From assembly GCF_000189555.1 (NCBI RefSeq), contig NC_017276.1: a DNA stretch of 64,000 nt; one strand, 5' to 3'. This DNA comes from Saccharolobus islandicus REY15A. GTDB lineage: Archaea > Thermoproteota > Thermoprotei_A > Sulfolobales > Sulfolobaceae. The position numbers and the translations under genes are program-made. Below, piece after piece: positions 47,640-57,062 of the stretch (its first letter is position 1; each line of letters begins with the position of its first letter). Below the pieces are notes generated by a model, which was not told the origin of the DNA, did no database searches, and worked only from the letters and a program-made list of their open reading frames with translations.

Positions 47640-48731
47640 TTATTTCGGAAGTTTAAGAGCTCTCTCACCTATGACATTTCTAAGAATCTCTGAAGTACCA
47701 CCAGCTATTGTTCTACCCCTAGAAGCTAGCATACCTAAATACCACTTCTCTTTCATTACCGTCTCCAAATCATAATTTGCCACTGCAATTTCATATATCC
47801 TCTGCAATAATTCTGATGCCAAGAGCTTCAACATAGAACCCTCTACGTCTATATCCTCTCCTCTCCTTAGCTTTACTAAAATTCTCCTATAAAAGGCCTC
47901 TAGACCTTCAACCTCATCCTCCAACTCCTCTCTCTCCCTTACGCCTTTCAAACTCTCTAAGGATATCTTCGACGTAAATAACATTGTAACTCCCAACATG
48001 AACCTCTCATGATTTAAAACTGTCATTGCAACCTTCCAACCATCACCCACGTTACCTATAATGTTCTCCTTAGGAACCTTTACATTGTTGAAATACACCG
48101 TGTTAAAGTCACTCTTTCCCGTTAGTTGACTTATGGGGGATACTCTGATTCCATCTTGCTTCATGTTAAGTATGAACATTGTTAAGCCCTTATACTTATC
48201 CTCACCAGTTCTCGCTAATAGTATCATATAATCGGCAATGTGAGCATAACTACTCCAAATCTTCTGCCCATTTACTAAAAAGTAATCGCCCTTATCCTCA
48301 GCTCTAGTAGTCGCTGAAGCCAAATCTGAACCGGCTTGAGGTTCAGAAAAACCTTGGCACCATATATCCTCAGCTCTTAATATTCTAGGTAGATACTTTC
48401 TTTTCTGCTCTTCATTTCCATGCTTTAAAATTGCAGGAGCTACTACCATCAAACCAATTGAACCTAAGCTTCTGCCATATGGTAATCCTGCCCTTATGAA
48501 TTCCTCATAGGCAATCACTTCGTAAATTGGATCTAAACCTTGTCCACCATATTCCTTAGGCCAAGTTATTCCTAAATATCCGGCATCAGCCAATTTCCTT
48601 TGCCAAGACCTTAACTCATTATAATCATCAAATTCTACTGTCTCAAATAGAATTTTTCTTCCCTTTAACGACTCTGGAGCGTTATTTTTTATCCATTCCC
48701 TTAACTTTAACCTATACTCCTCTTCATTCAC
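47640..48731 (-). CDS. Acyl-CoA dehydrogenase
   Basis: WCQGFSEPQAGSDLAS, NGQKIWSS and TIAGGTSEILRN motifs. Confidence 0.95.
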   Translation of the reverse strand: MNEEEYRLKLREWIKNNAPESLKGRKILFETVEFDDYNELRSWQRKLADAGYLGITWPKEYGGQGLDPIYEVIAYEEFIRAGLPYGRSLGSIGLMVVAPAILKHGNEEQKRKYLPRILRAEDIWCQGFSEPQAGSDLASATTRAEDKGDYFLVNGQKIWSSYAHIADYMILLARTGEDKYKGLTMFILNMKQDGIRVSPISQLTGKSDFNTVYFNNVKVPKENIIGNVGDGWKVAMTVLNHERFMLGVTMLFTSKISLESLKGVREREELEDEVEGLEAFYRRILVKLRRGEDIDVEGSMLKLLASELLQRIYEIAVANYDLETVMKEKWYLGMLASRGRTIAGGTSEILRNVIGERALKLPK

Positions 48732-48764
48732 AGATAAAAAATTAGTAATTATAAAATAAAAAAT

Positions 48765-48817
48765 TGCTCAGCCGAAGGGCTATCGTCACAGATCGGCTGA
48801 AACACGGCTCATCACGC
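48765..48817 (-). ncRNA. Box C/D methylation-guide sRNA
   Basis: The minus strand reads GTGATGA-gccgtgtttcag-CCGA-tc-TGTGACGA-tagcccttcgg-CTGA: boxes C, D', C' and D with 11-12 nt guides, about 52 nt in total. Confidence 0.8.
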
Positions 48818-50041
48818 TACACTTAGTCTAACATCCTTGACCAAAGCATATGGGTAAATCCCTTGCATTGGGGCGTCCCACCATCTCACAGAGTACCTTT
48901 CTCTAGATAACTGTACTATATTCTTTAAAATCTTCTTCAAATTATCAGCTATCCTTACTCTGCCCACTACTCCAACAGGATTACCGTTCCTATAAACTAC
49001 AGTGGCATCTCTAGCAACTGTTGAGAAATCGCCCTCAGCATAGTTTTGGAATCTGGTATACCATACATTGTTTATGAAAACTACATTACCGGAAAGCAGT
49101 GATTCAAATCTAGTATCACCCTCCTTAACCTCTAAATTCCACGCTGTTGGGTATATCCATCCCGCATTACCGGTACTAGGCAATTTGAAGACGGTGGATA
49201 GTTCGTTATTTAGTAAAGGAGTTGTAAATACTCCATTTTCAATTATAGCCTTGTTATAGGTAAACGTACCTTCATCATCAAATCCCCACGAGTTAGGTCT
49301 ATCCTCCTTAGGAGTGTCTAATAAGGTAAACTTATCTGATCCCGCCTTTTCTCCAGGCTTCAACATCGACATCCCAGACATTATAGCGTAGCCGGAAGCC
49401 ATCCTTGCAACACTCTCCATTAAATTACCCATTACTAAAGGAGAGAGAATCACGTCATATTTACCTTCGGAAATCTCGTATTTGCCAGTAATTGATGCCA
49501 ACTCATTAGCTTTCTTTATACTATCCTTAACTTGAGATGGGGAGAAATTAGTAGAAGAAAAAGCCCATTGTCCGCTATGTTCCCTATTCTTAGCCCTAAA
49601 GTAACCGCTTATGCTTTGATTGTTTTCCGTTCCGTTGAATCCCTTAGATGTAACCAAGGATCTTTCCATATCATCTATTGATATTATACCGTAAAGGGGA
49701 TATTCCGACTCTATGAGAGATAAAAGAGGTGATAAATCGTCAAATAGTGATATAATGTTAGTGTTATTCCTAACCATTTTGTATTCTCTCTCATTTTTAC
49801 TCATAATAGGAAAGAAGTCTACTGGGGTTAGTTTAGGTTTCTCATTTAAATTACTTATCCTACCCAAGAACCCTTGGCTATCCTTCTTTAACGCTAGGAA
49901 ATAGTAACTGTTAGTCATTCTCTGTATTGTAGCTACCTTACTCTCAACTAGCTTAATGATTATCCTCCTTGTCTTCACTCTCAATAGTCCTACTTCTTCT
50001 CCCTTTACTTCTTGCACGTATTTTACCATTTCCTCATTCAT
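48812..50041 (-). CDS. tldE: TldE/PmbA-family protein
   Basis: FDDEG motif, no HExxH, overlaps tldD. Confidence 0.88.
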   Translation of the reverse strand: MNEEMVKYVQEVKGEEVGLLRVKTRRIIIKLVESKVATIQRMTNSYYFLALKKDSQGFLGRISNLNEKPKLTPVDFFPIMSKNEREYKMVRNNTNIISLFDDLSPLLSLIESEYPLYGIISIDDMERSLVTSKGFNGTENNQSISGYFRAKNREHSGQWAFSSTNFSPSQVKDSIKKANELASITGKYEISEGKYDVILSPLVMGNLMESVARMASGYAIMSGMSMLKPGEKAGSDKFTLLDTPKEDRPNSWGFDDEGTFTYNKAIIENGVFTTPLLNNELSTVFKLPSTGNAGWIYPTAWNLEVKEGDTRFESLLSGNVVFINNVWYTRFQNYAEGDFSTVARDATVVYRNGNPVGVVGRVRIADNLKKILKNIVQLSRERYSVRWWDAPMQGIYPYALVKDVRLSVA

Positions 50042-51410
50042 TTCCCATCACCTTAATTCTAACATTTCTCAATCTCATATTAGGCCCACCTAGCCAAACG
50101 GGTATACCTTGATCCGGATCACCCTTGCCACAAGTACCTGGATAAAATACTAAAGTATTATCAACTGCATCAACTGCCTTTAACAATTCAGTAGTCTTCC
50201 CTTGAAAAACCGGGAATAGTACTGGATCACCAATCTTTCCGTTCTTAATCTCATAAGCTTCCAACCCAACATATCGTTGACCTAGTCTCATATCATCAAT
50301 ATTCCATTCCATGTAACTCTTTATATAAACGCCTTCCTTGACGTCTTCCAAAAGCTCATCAAAGGTCATGTTACCAGGTTTAAAGAAAGTATTAGACATT
50401 CTAATTAAAGGTTCCCTATCGAAATTCGCAGCCCTGGCCGAGCCATTACTCTTAACGTTAAATTTACTACTACTAAACCTATTTTGTAAATATTCGTTAA
50501 CCTTACCATCCTTAATTAAGTATTTAGGTCTAGCTTCAACACCCTCATCGTCTATTATGTAATAACCGCCACTGTTCGGTATTGTAGGATCATCTATAAC
50601 AGTAACGACATCGCTACCTATCCTGTTATCCTTCAATTCAGCTAGATAACTCAAACCAGCTTGGGCGAATTCCCTACCCAAAACTCTATCGGCCTCAAAT
50701 GGATGCCCAACAGATTCATGAGCCATTATGCCTGTTAACATATTACTCAAAACTACATCAGTAGTCCGCTCACCAAAGCTCTTACCCTTAGCCAAGACCT
50801 CAGTAACAGATCTAACTTTATCCACTACGACCTCATTCAAATTCATCCTCTCTAATACTTCCAGCCCACCACTTCCTCCAAGTTCGTAAAATGCAGTAGC
50901 CGTCCTATTGTTCTCGTTAAGGACTAAATTCATTCCTACGTAAAGCCTAGGAACCCTTCCAACTATATGTGATCCATTAACTATGATCTCCTTTTCCTCA
51001 ATACTTTCGTCATAGAAAAATGAAACGCTCTTAAGTGAACGAAAGTCCTTTACAGCTTCATATAGGTTCTTAAAGAAGCTTATCTTCTCGTCAATTGACA
51101 TGAGATCAAAAGGTTTACCCTCTTTAACCTCATAACTACCCTCCTTAGGTTCAGTATTATCTAAACCGCTCTCCCACCCCTCTATTTTATACTCCTTGTT
51201 GCTGCTCAGTAGATCATTGGGATTATTTGATGAAGCAAAATATAACACGCCATCCTTGTAATACCTAACTGAATAGCCATCATCTGTAAACCTAAACGAT
51301 CCCATTAATCTGCCATTAAGAAAAGACATCCCAAACGTCGATACGATATGTCTTCTAACCTCCACGTAAGGGTATCTGAACTTATCGTAAAGAGATTGCA
51401 GATCTGTCAT
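50034..51410 (-). CDS. tldD: TldD-family metalloprotease
   Basis: HESVGHPFEADR, RMSNT and CGKG motifs. Confidence 0.93.
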   Translation of the reverse strand: MTDLQSLYDKFRYPYVEVRRHIVSTFGMSFLNGRLMGSFRFTDDGYSVRYYKDGVLYFASSNNPNDLLSSNKEYKIEGWESGLDNTEPKEGSYEVKEGKPFDLMSIDEKISFFKNLYEAVKDFRSLKSVSFFYDESIEEKEIIVNGSHIVGRVPRLYVGMNLVLNENNRTATAFYELGGSGGLEVLERMNLNEVVVDKVRSVTEVLAKGKSFGERTTDVVLSNMLTGIMAHESVGHPFEADRVLGREFAQAGLSYLAELKDNRIGSDVVTVIDDPTIPNSGGYYIIDDEGVEARPKYLIKDGKVNEYLQNRFSSSKFNVKSNGSARAANFDREPLIRMSNTFFKPGNMTFDELLEDVKEGVYIKSYMEWNIDDMRLGQRYVGLEAYEIKNGKIGDPVLFPVFQGKTTELLKAVDAVDNTLVFYPGTCGKGDPDQGIPVWLGGPNMRLRNVRIKVMGNE

Positions 51411-51548
51411 ATTATGATATGATTTTAGTCAAATAAAAAGATTGCTAACTCCAACTTCATCTTTATATTAATACTTTCTTCTATTCTGACTTTTTCCCCG
51501 CCTTTGATGCACGAAGCTTTCAGTAGTAAATATCTCACTACAGCATTT

Positions 51549-52613
51549 TTAGGCGTTTTTCCTTTCTTCCAATACTCTACTCAATTCCTTCTCAAAGTTC
51601 TCCTTTAGCTCTTTAAGTGTAATTGACCACTTATTGTCCTTTGTGAAGTGTTCGTAAGGTATTGAATACGTTCTAACTAAATCCCTTAAAGGTGTAATTG
51701 GGTGGACGTAAATTTCATATGAAACGTGATATGCTGAAGATAGTTTATTAATGAACTCCATGATATCAAGCAACATATGTTTTTGCCCAACAATAAATGC
51801 GTAAATCTTATCGTTATGCAAATAAGATATTCTTAAAAGCGTTGCAATCCTACTCAACTCCCTAACAATATCCTCACTAGTATCGTTTACGATCAACGAC
51901 ATTCTAAAGTCAGTCTTACCTAAATAAGTGTAAAACGCGTCAACTAAACCCTTACCAACAACGTGATTAAAATAATGATCTACCACTTCATCTGATGTTA
52001 CACCTATAGATTCTGCTATCTCATCCCACGACCTTAAAGGATTCTCTTGTTTCTTTCCAAGTGTATAAATGTCGATCCAGTCCGGCTTAAAACTATCAGT
52101 CAAATCAGGCAACTGAAACGGTTCTCTAGGCTTATCTAGTATAGCCCTTTCAAAAGTCAAAGTATCGAAATTAAAAGTTGAATAGTCAACTGGATAAACC
52201 TCCCTCCTATACTCCAGGTAAGTCTTATAATTACCAATTAATCCCCTCTCGCTCATCATTTCTAAAATTTGAACAAAATCCCACCTACCTTTAGGAAATA
52301 CAACATCCAGAATTATGGTATCGCTAGTCAAAACGTCCTTCAATGATGCAACCACCGTACCGTCAAGTAGATAATAAAAATCTAAAGGTTTAACCTTAAA
52401 ATTCCTTGTCAACTTAATAGTAGTATGAAAGAGCGATAATCCTAAAGAATCAAGTTTGGGAGACGAAATAACCAATACTTTAAGATTAGATAAGACATTC
52501 CTAACGTTTTCTATCCCAGTTAACTCACTCAGTAACTCGTGATTATGATCACCAAACCTCTGAACGTAATGCAATAATTTCGTAAGTTTTTGTATAACAG
52601 TAGAATCGATCAT
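51549..52613 (-). CDS. Putative transcription regulator with internal AsnC-like wHTH (tandem wHTH/effector-domain architecture inferred)
   Basis: DWIDIYTLGKKQENPLRSWDEIAESIGVTSDEVVDHY resembles an Lrp/AsnC HTH. The start at 52613 sits about 26 bp from a TATA-like TTTTATAT. Confidence 0.55.
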   Translation of the reverse strand: MIDSTVIQKLTKLLHYVQRFGDHNHELLSELTGIENVRNVLSNLKVLVISSPKLDSLGLSLFHTTIKLTRNFKVKPLDFYYLLDGTVVASLKDVLTSDTIILDVVFPKGRWDFVQILEMMSERGLIGNYKTYLEYRREVYPVDYSTFNFDTLTFERAILDKPREPFQLPDLTDSFKPDWIDIYTLGKKQENPLRSWDEIAESIGVTSDEVVDHYFNHVVGKGLVDAFYTYLGKTDFRMSLIVNDTSEDIVRELSRIATLLRISYLHNDKIYAFIVGQKHMLLDIMEFINKLSSAYHVSYEIYVHPITPLRDLVRTYSIPYEHFTKDNKWSITLKELKENFEKELSRVLEERKNA

Positions 52614-52683
52614 ACTCAACATAATAAGTAGTGAGAACATATAAAAATAGTATCTTCAAAATTCTAAAAAGAATTTAACGTAT

Positions 52684-52824
52684 CTAAACAGTACCTGGTG
52701 CTATTGATTCTCCAGCGTGTGTTACATGTAGTGCTGCAAGGATTAATGGTAGGGAAGCTGCTGCTATTATTATTGCATACCTTACTACTTGACTTGAGGC
52801 TAACGTGTACATGTTTACTCTCAT
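52684..52824 (-). CDS. 46-aa signal-peptide-like small ORF (not in ORF track)
   Basis: MRVNMYTLASSQVVRYAIIIAAASLPLILAALHVTHAGESIAPGTV*. Has basic, hydrophobic and T-H-A cleavage regions, an upstream TATA-like ATATTTAT and a downstream T-rich tract. Confidence 0.65.
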   Translation of the reverse strand: MRVNMYTLASSQVVRYAIIIAAASLPLILAALHVTHAGESIAPGTV

Positions 52825-53131
52825 TTTTGGTCAATAGTCACAAACGTGAGGGCTCCAATAAATATGAGTATTTGAATGAAATAGATTTATTGGAAATTGA
52901 GAGTTTACACTAAAATCAAAATAATAAAAAGTTTATAGCTTTAAGATCTCACATATAAGCAAATAGTTAACGAGAAACTGAACTATGAGGCCGGTATTAT
53001 GGAAAACAAGAATGGCTCACAGAAAAATTTTAAAAAATAATTTTTGTTGTAAAATCTCTATCTTAAATTATTAATTTCGCTTTTTGGAATTTAAATTTTT
53101 CCTTTTATACATAAGCTTCATCGTCTTATGA

Positions 53132-53929
53132 TTAAACCTTTATTACTCTTCTCGTCATTGGTATCTCTTTAACTAACTCTATAGGCTTTTGTTCTATTAT
53201 ATCGACCTCGTACACTGCAGTAGTGGAGTAAATTACCTTTCTCTCATCCTTTTTAGCTATTGCTGTTACACCAAATGTGGGTCTTGGCAACTTTACACTT
53301 ACCTTATCCCAACTAATCCCATTATCTCTAGAAATTATTAAGGGCTCTTGACTCATTATATGGGCTACAACTATTCTTCCTAGATCTTCCAATCCGTGAG
53401 CGTAACCACCTATCACTTTATTAAAACTTTTCATATCTATAGTTTTGTAAATTCCATTCGCTGTTGCTATTAATAGATTCTCACCACTAACTAAAAGGTT
53501 ATGCATGTCTGCGAAGAAGTCTATGGGCTTTAATTCACTTATGGACTTTCCCACTAATAAGTTCCCTTCTTCAACAGTGGCAACTATGTAATCTTTAAAT
53601 AGTGCGAAATCTGTTATGTGTGCTGGGCCATAGGGAAATTCCCAGCCTAATTTTTCTGCCTCTTTTGTTAAATTTAGTATTTCTTTTACTTTTCTGTCCC
53701 TGATTTCATATATTTTAGGTCCCTCAATTGAAGCGTAGATTGTATTGTCATACTCCCATAATCTCCAACATCCTTCGTTTATTATTGCCTCGTTGTTTTT
53801 CGAGATTACTCCTTTCTCAGATGAGCAAATATAGGGTAAGACCACATCGTTAACCTCATAGCCTTCTGTTAATTTCTCCAATTCCTTGTCTAACTTGTAT
53901 AATCCATTGTTAGTTGCAATGAGATACAT
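53132..53929 (-). CDS. Beta-propeller-like protein (BNR/Asp-box-like motif)
   Basis: Repeated LLIATANGIYK-type blades and an SRDNGISW Asp-box. Confidence 0.6.
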   Translation of the reverse strand: MYLIATNNGLYKLDKELEKLTEGYEVNDVVLPYICSSEKGVISKNNEAIINEGCWRLWEYDNTIYASIEGPKIYEIRDRKVKEILNLTKEAEKLGWEFPYGPAHITDFALFKDYIVATVEEGNLLVGKSISELKPIDFFADMHNLLVSGENLLIATANGIYKTIDMKSFNKVIGGYAHGLEDLGRIVVAHIMSQEPLIISRDNGISWDKVSVKLPRPTFGVTAIAKKDERKVIYSTTAVYEVDIIEQKPIELVKEIPMTRRVIKV

Positions 53930-54018
53930 AATATCTTTTATGATTAGAAGTTTAAAATCATTACTAATTATAATAACAAGGAATTCGGATAGAAGACAGA
54001 GAACAGGTAGTTTGATTA

Positions 54019-55554
54019 GTGAACTACCCCGCCCTTACCCGGTAGACCCAAAATCACCTCCTTAAAAATAAATCTATAGTATAAATAAGCGTTTCAATTA
54101 CATTAAATGTAAAATTCTCTGGATTGAATAAATCAGGAAATAAAAGAATTAATAATAATCTAAACTCCTCTCTCCCCACCTCCCCCTTGAATATGGTATA
54201 TAAGGAGTAGAGTACAAGGGCCAGCACGAAGATCAACGTGCGGAAAACAAACTTAGTAGAACTAGTAAATGGAAGAAAAGCCTTAATGTTCCTATAAGAG
54301 GTCTCTATGGGACCTCTTACCTTATTGTACAAATCCAACACTTCCCTCTTGGATAGGTCTAGGTTAGTAGCCCTAGCGAAGTAAACAAGACTCTTCTTCT
54401 TTCTCCCCACTTTTTCCTTGCTGTACACGAGAAGCCTGAACTTGACCTGCTCATCCCTCCTATGCCTCTTACTATTAGTTGTGTAATCCCCGTCAAACTC
54501 CTCGTACACCTTCACGTCCCCAACCGGAACAGCAATTATGTACTTAAACTGTGAAATGAAGTTGAGCACGTCAACAGTATAGAAACCAGCGTCAAGAGTT
54601 ATCAACCTTATCTTGAATCCCATTACTTGTTCAACAAGAGCCTTCACTATCTCGTCCTTAGTCATACCGTTCACTTGCGGAATAAAGGCAAGTAAAAGCA
54701 CTTTCCCCTTATACTTGGTTGTTGCAGTTGCGTAGTTCCACGAGTTTCCTTTTTCAGAGCTCCCGAGCCCTTTCACTGGTTTCCCATACCACGTCTTGGT
54801 TGTCCAGTCTATTGAGAGATCTATCTCATTCACTCCCTTTAATATCTCCAAGGATATTTTCCTAGCTCTTTCCAATAGCTTTTCAGTCACTTCCATCCCT
54901 TGTTTCTCTACGTAATTCCTCACGGTCTGTGGGGATACGTCATACGCTCTGGACTTGTTCTCTACTGAATCGTTCCACAAACACGCGGAGATGAGAGTTT
55001 TCGCTACCTCCTCTACCTTTTCCCCTTGGAAGTTTAGCATGGAAAGTAATTTATATCCTATTTGTTGAATTTTGGTGAGGGAGACTTGGTGTTACCATCT
55101 TCCTATGTCACGTGGTAATACTCCATCTCCCTCACCTTAAACCCTTTCTTCAATTGAATTCTTTATACTCTTATAAATTTCTTTATCTTTTATAAATTCG
55201 ATATTATCCTACCAGAAATATTTTTTCTAATATGATTTTGGGTCTACCGTTACGGACAGGGCATCTCCACCTCACGATGGGGATTTCCTGCTTCTCAGAG
55301 CAACCTCGATCCCCCTTCACCCACAGCGGAGGTTCCATCGAACGGAACCGTTCTGTAATGCCCCGTGTGGAAGAGGGGTTACGGAGGGTTGCTCTCCACA
55401 GGCGTAAGTTCCCCCAGTCCCAAGGGTACGGCCCAGCTCTTACAGCCGAGGCCTAAGAATTATCTATTTTTTGCAATAAAAAGGTTTCTATAAGGGGGCT
55501 ATTCATCCCCTACCTTACGGAAGGGGACTTTCGCCCCCTTAACCCCTAATTAAG
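54019..55554 (-). mobile_element. Second SMN1-type element, split by an ISC1225-type IS in its right-end hairpin
   Basis: 54019-54038 plus 55254-55554 are the reverse complement of 22612-22932. It follows TTTAA on the minus strand. Confidence 0.9.
54040..55249 (-). mobile_element. ISC1225-like IS, second copy (1210 bp), with lesions
   Basis: Same TIRs as the copy at 42019. TTAC duplication with one extra C on the left. A 5-bp deletion near the transposase start and a 6-bp in-frame deletion relative to that copy. Confidence 0.92.
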
Positions 55555-55591
55555 TTAAATGTTTTTATCCTTGAGCGAGATTATTATCATT

Positions 55592-56005
55592 ATGATAGAG
55601 TTCGTAATTGAGAAGAGTTTCAATATGCCAGAGGATATAGTATGGCGGATAGCCAGAGATGTAAATTCAATTCCAAACTATTGGAAGGGTGTTAGGGAAT
55701 TAAACGTTAAGGAAGTGGATAAGAATGTTTACGAGGGAAGAATCAGGTTTGCGTTTCCCTCTTCGGGTAAAGTTAGGATAATCATAAATGACGATGAGAG
55801 AACATTAACCTTTGAATATCTAGACGGACCAATAAGGGGATATAATAAGGTGAAACTCTCTAAAGGGAAAATCTCTTCTGAATGGAGGGTTACTATGATT
55901 GGTCTTTTAAAACTAGCAGAGGGTTGGAATAGAGATCACTTCATGGAAGGTACTGAGCACGCACTGGAAAGGATATTAAATGCTGCCCTTAGTTTATCTC
56001 CTTAA
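55592..56005 (+). CDS. SRPBCC/polyketide-cyclase-family protein
   Basis: P.DIVWRIARDVNSIPNYWKGV pattern typical of START-like folds. Confidence 0.8.
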   Translation: MIEFVIEKSFNMPEDIVWRIARDVNSIPNYWKGVRELNVKEVDKNVYEGRIRFAFPSSGKVRIIINDDERTLTFEYLDGPIRGYNKVKLSKGKISSEWRVTMIGLLKLAEGWNRDHFMEGTEHALERILNAALSLSP

Positions 56006-56036
56006 TTTTATTTAGATTCACGCCGATTTTATTCTA

Positions 56037-57062
56037 ATGATTGCTGAGTGGGGAAAGCTTAGAGCTGTAGGAATGCATAAGCCTGGCTTAGAGGTAATGC
56101 TGGGTCTTTTAGATCCCTCATCTTTCCTTTATGAAAGGCAATTCAATTGGAGTAAAGCTAGGAGAGAACATGATAATCTTAGAAGAGTGTTAAAAGAGGA
56201 AGGAGTTAAAATATATAGGCTAAGACAAACAATTGTGAACAAGATTAGAAGAGACGATAGATTTAGGGAGAAGGTGATAGAAAAAGTTGGAGTTAATAAT
56301 GATGATCCCGAATTCCTTGTCGAGTTGTTGATCTTAAGACCCATTCTTGGTTATGAGAAGAGGGATAAAGGTACACACTTAGAGGTTAAACTGACTGACC
56401 CTCTTTCCAATCTCTATTTCATGAGGGATCAACAGATTACTACGGAAAAAGGAATAATAATGGGAAGGATGGCTACACATCAGAGAGAAAAAGAAGTTGA
56501 AGTTATGAAGTTGTTTTGGGAAGCGTTAAATATAAAATATAAGGAAATAGGTAGAGGTAAATTTGAAGGTGGAGATTTCTTTCCAATGGGTGATTTCAAT
56601 CTGGTAGGTGTTGGAGTTAGAACTGATTTAGAGGGTGCAAGTGAGTTATTTAATATTTTGAATGGAGGAGAGATAGGTATAATTCATTGGAATAGGGAGG
56701 AGTTCATTCATTTGGATACTTTCTTCAATGTTGGATCTTCTAGTTCAGTAGTTAGTGTTAGGAGTTTCATGGAAGAGAGTAGGGTTGCTGTCTATTACGA
56801 TAGGAAGATCATAAGGGAGACTACGTTATACGATTACGTGGTTAAAGAAAAGGGATTTAATTTAATTGAAGTGAGTGTGGATGAGGCAAAAAAGTATGTA
56901 ACTAATTTTTTGACCATAGACGACGGTAAGATTGTCTCGCCTAAAAATTCCGCAAATAGGAAGCTTGAAAAAGAGTATGATGTAATAGAGGTTGAAGTTT
57001 CAAATTTGACTGGTGGTGCCGGTGGGATTCATTGTATGACAGCTGTGATAAGGAGGGATTGA
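56037..57062 (+). CDS. Arginine deiminase / amidinotransferase-family enzyme
   Basis: NLYFMRD, FEGGD, HLDT and GGAGGIHCMT (catalytic Cys) motifs. Confidence 0.88.
   Translation: MIAEWGKLRAVGMHKPGLEVMLGLLDPSSFLYERQFNWSKARREHDNLRRVLKEEGVKIYRLRQTIVNKIRRDDRFREKVIEKVGVNNDDPEFLVELLILRPILGYEKRDKGTHLEVKLTDPLSNLYFMRDQQITTEKGIIMGRMATHQREKEVEVMKLFWEALNIKYKEIGRGKFEGGDFFPMGDFNLVGVGVRTDLEGASELFNILNGGEIGIIHWNREEFIHLDTFFNVGSSSSVVSVRSFMEESRVAVYYDRKIIRETTLYDYVVKEKGFNLIEVSVDEAKKYVTNFLTIDDGKIVSPKNSANRKLEKEYDVIEVEVSNLTGGAGGIHCMTAVIRRD

Noticed and set aside
52698-52913. Predicted 71-aa plus-strand ORF
   Set aside because: It is the antisense shadow of the minus-strand signal-peptide sORF, which has the better promoter context and matches the orientation of its neighbours.
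55232-55456. Predicted 74-aa ORF
   Set aside because: It starts in the ISC1225 terminal repeat and runs antisense through SMN1. This is a junction artefact.
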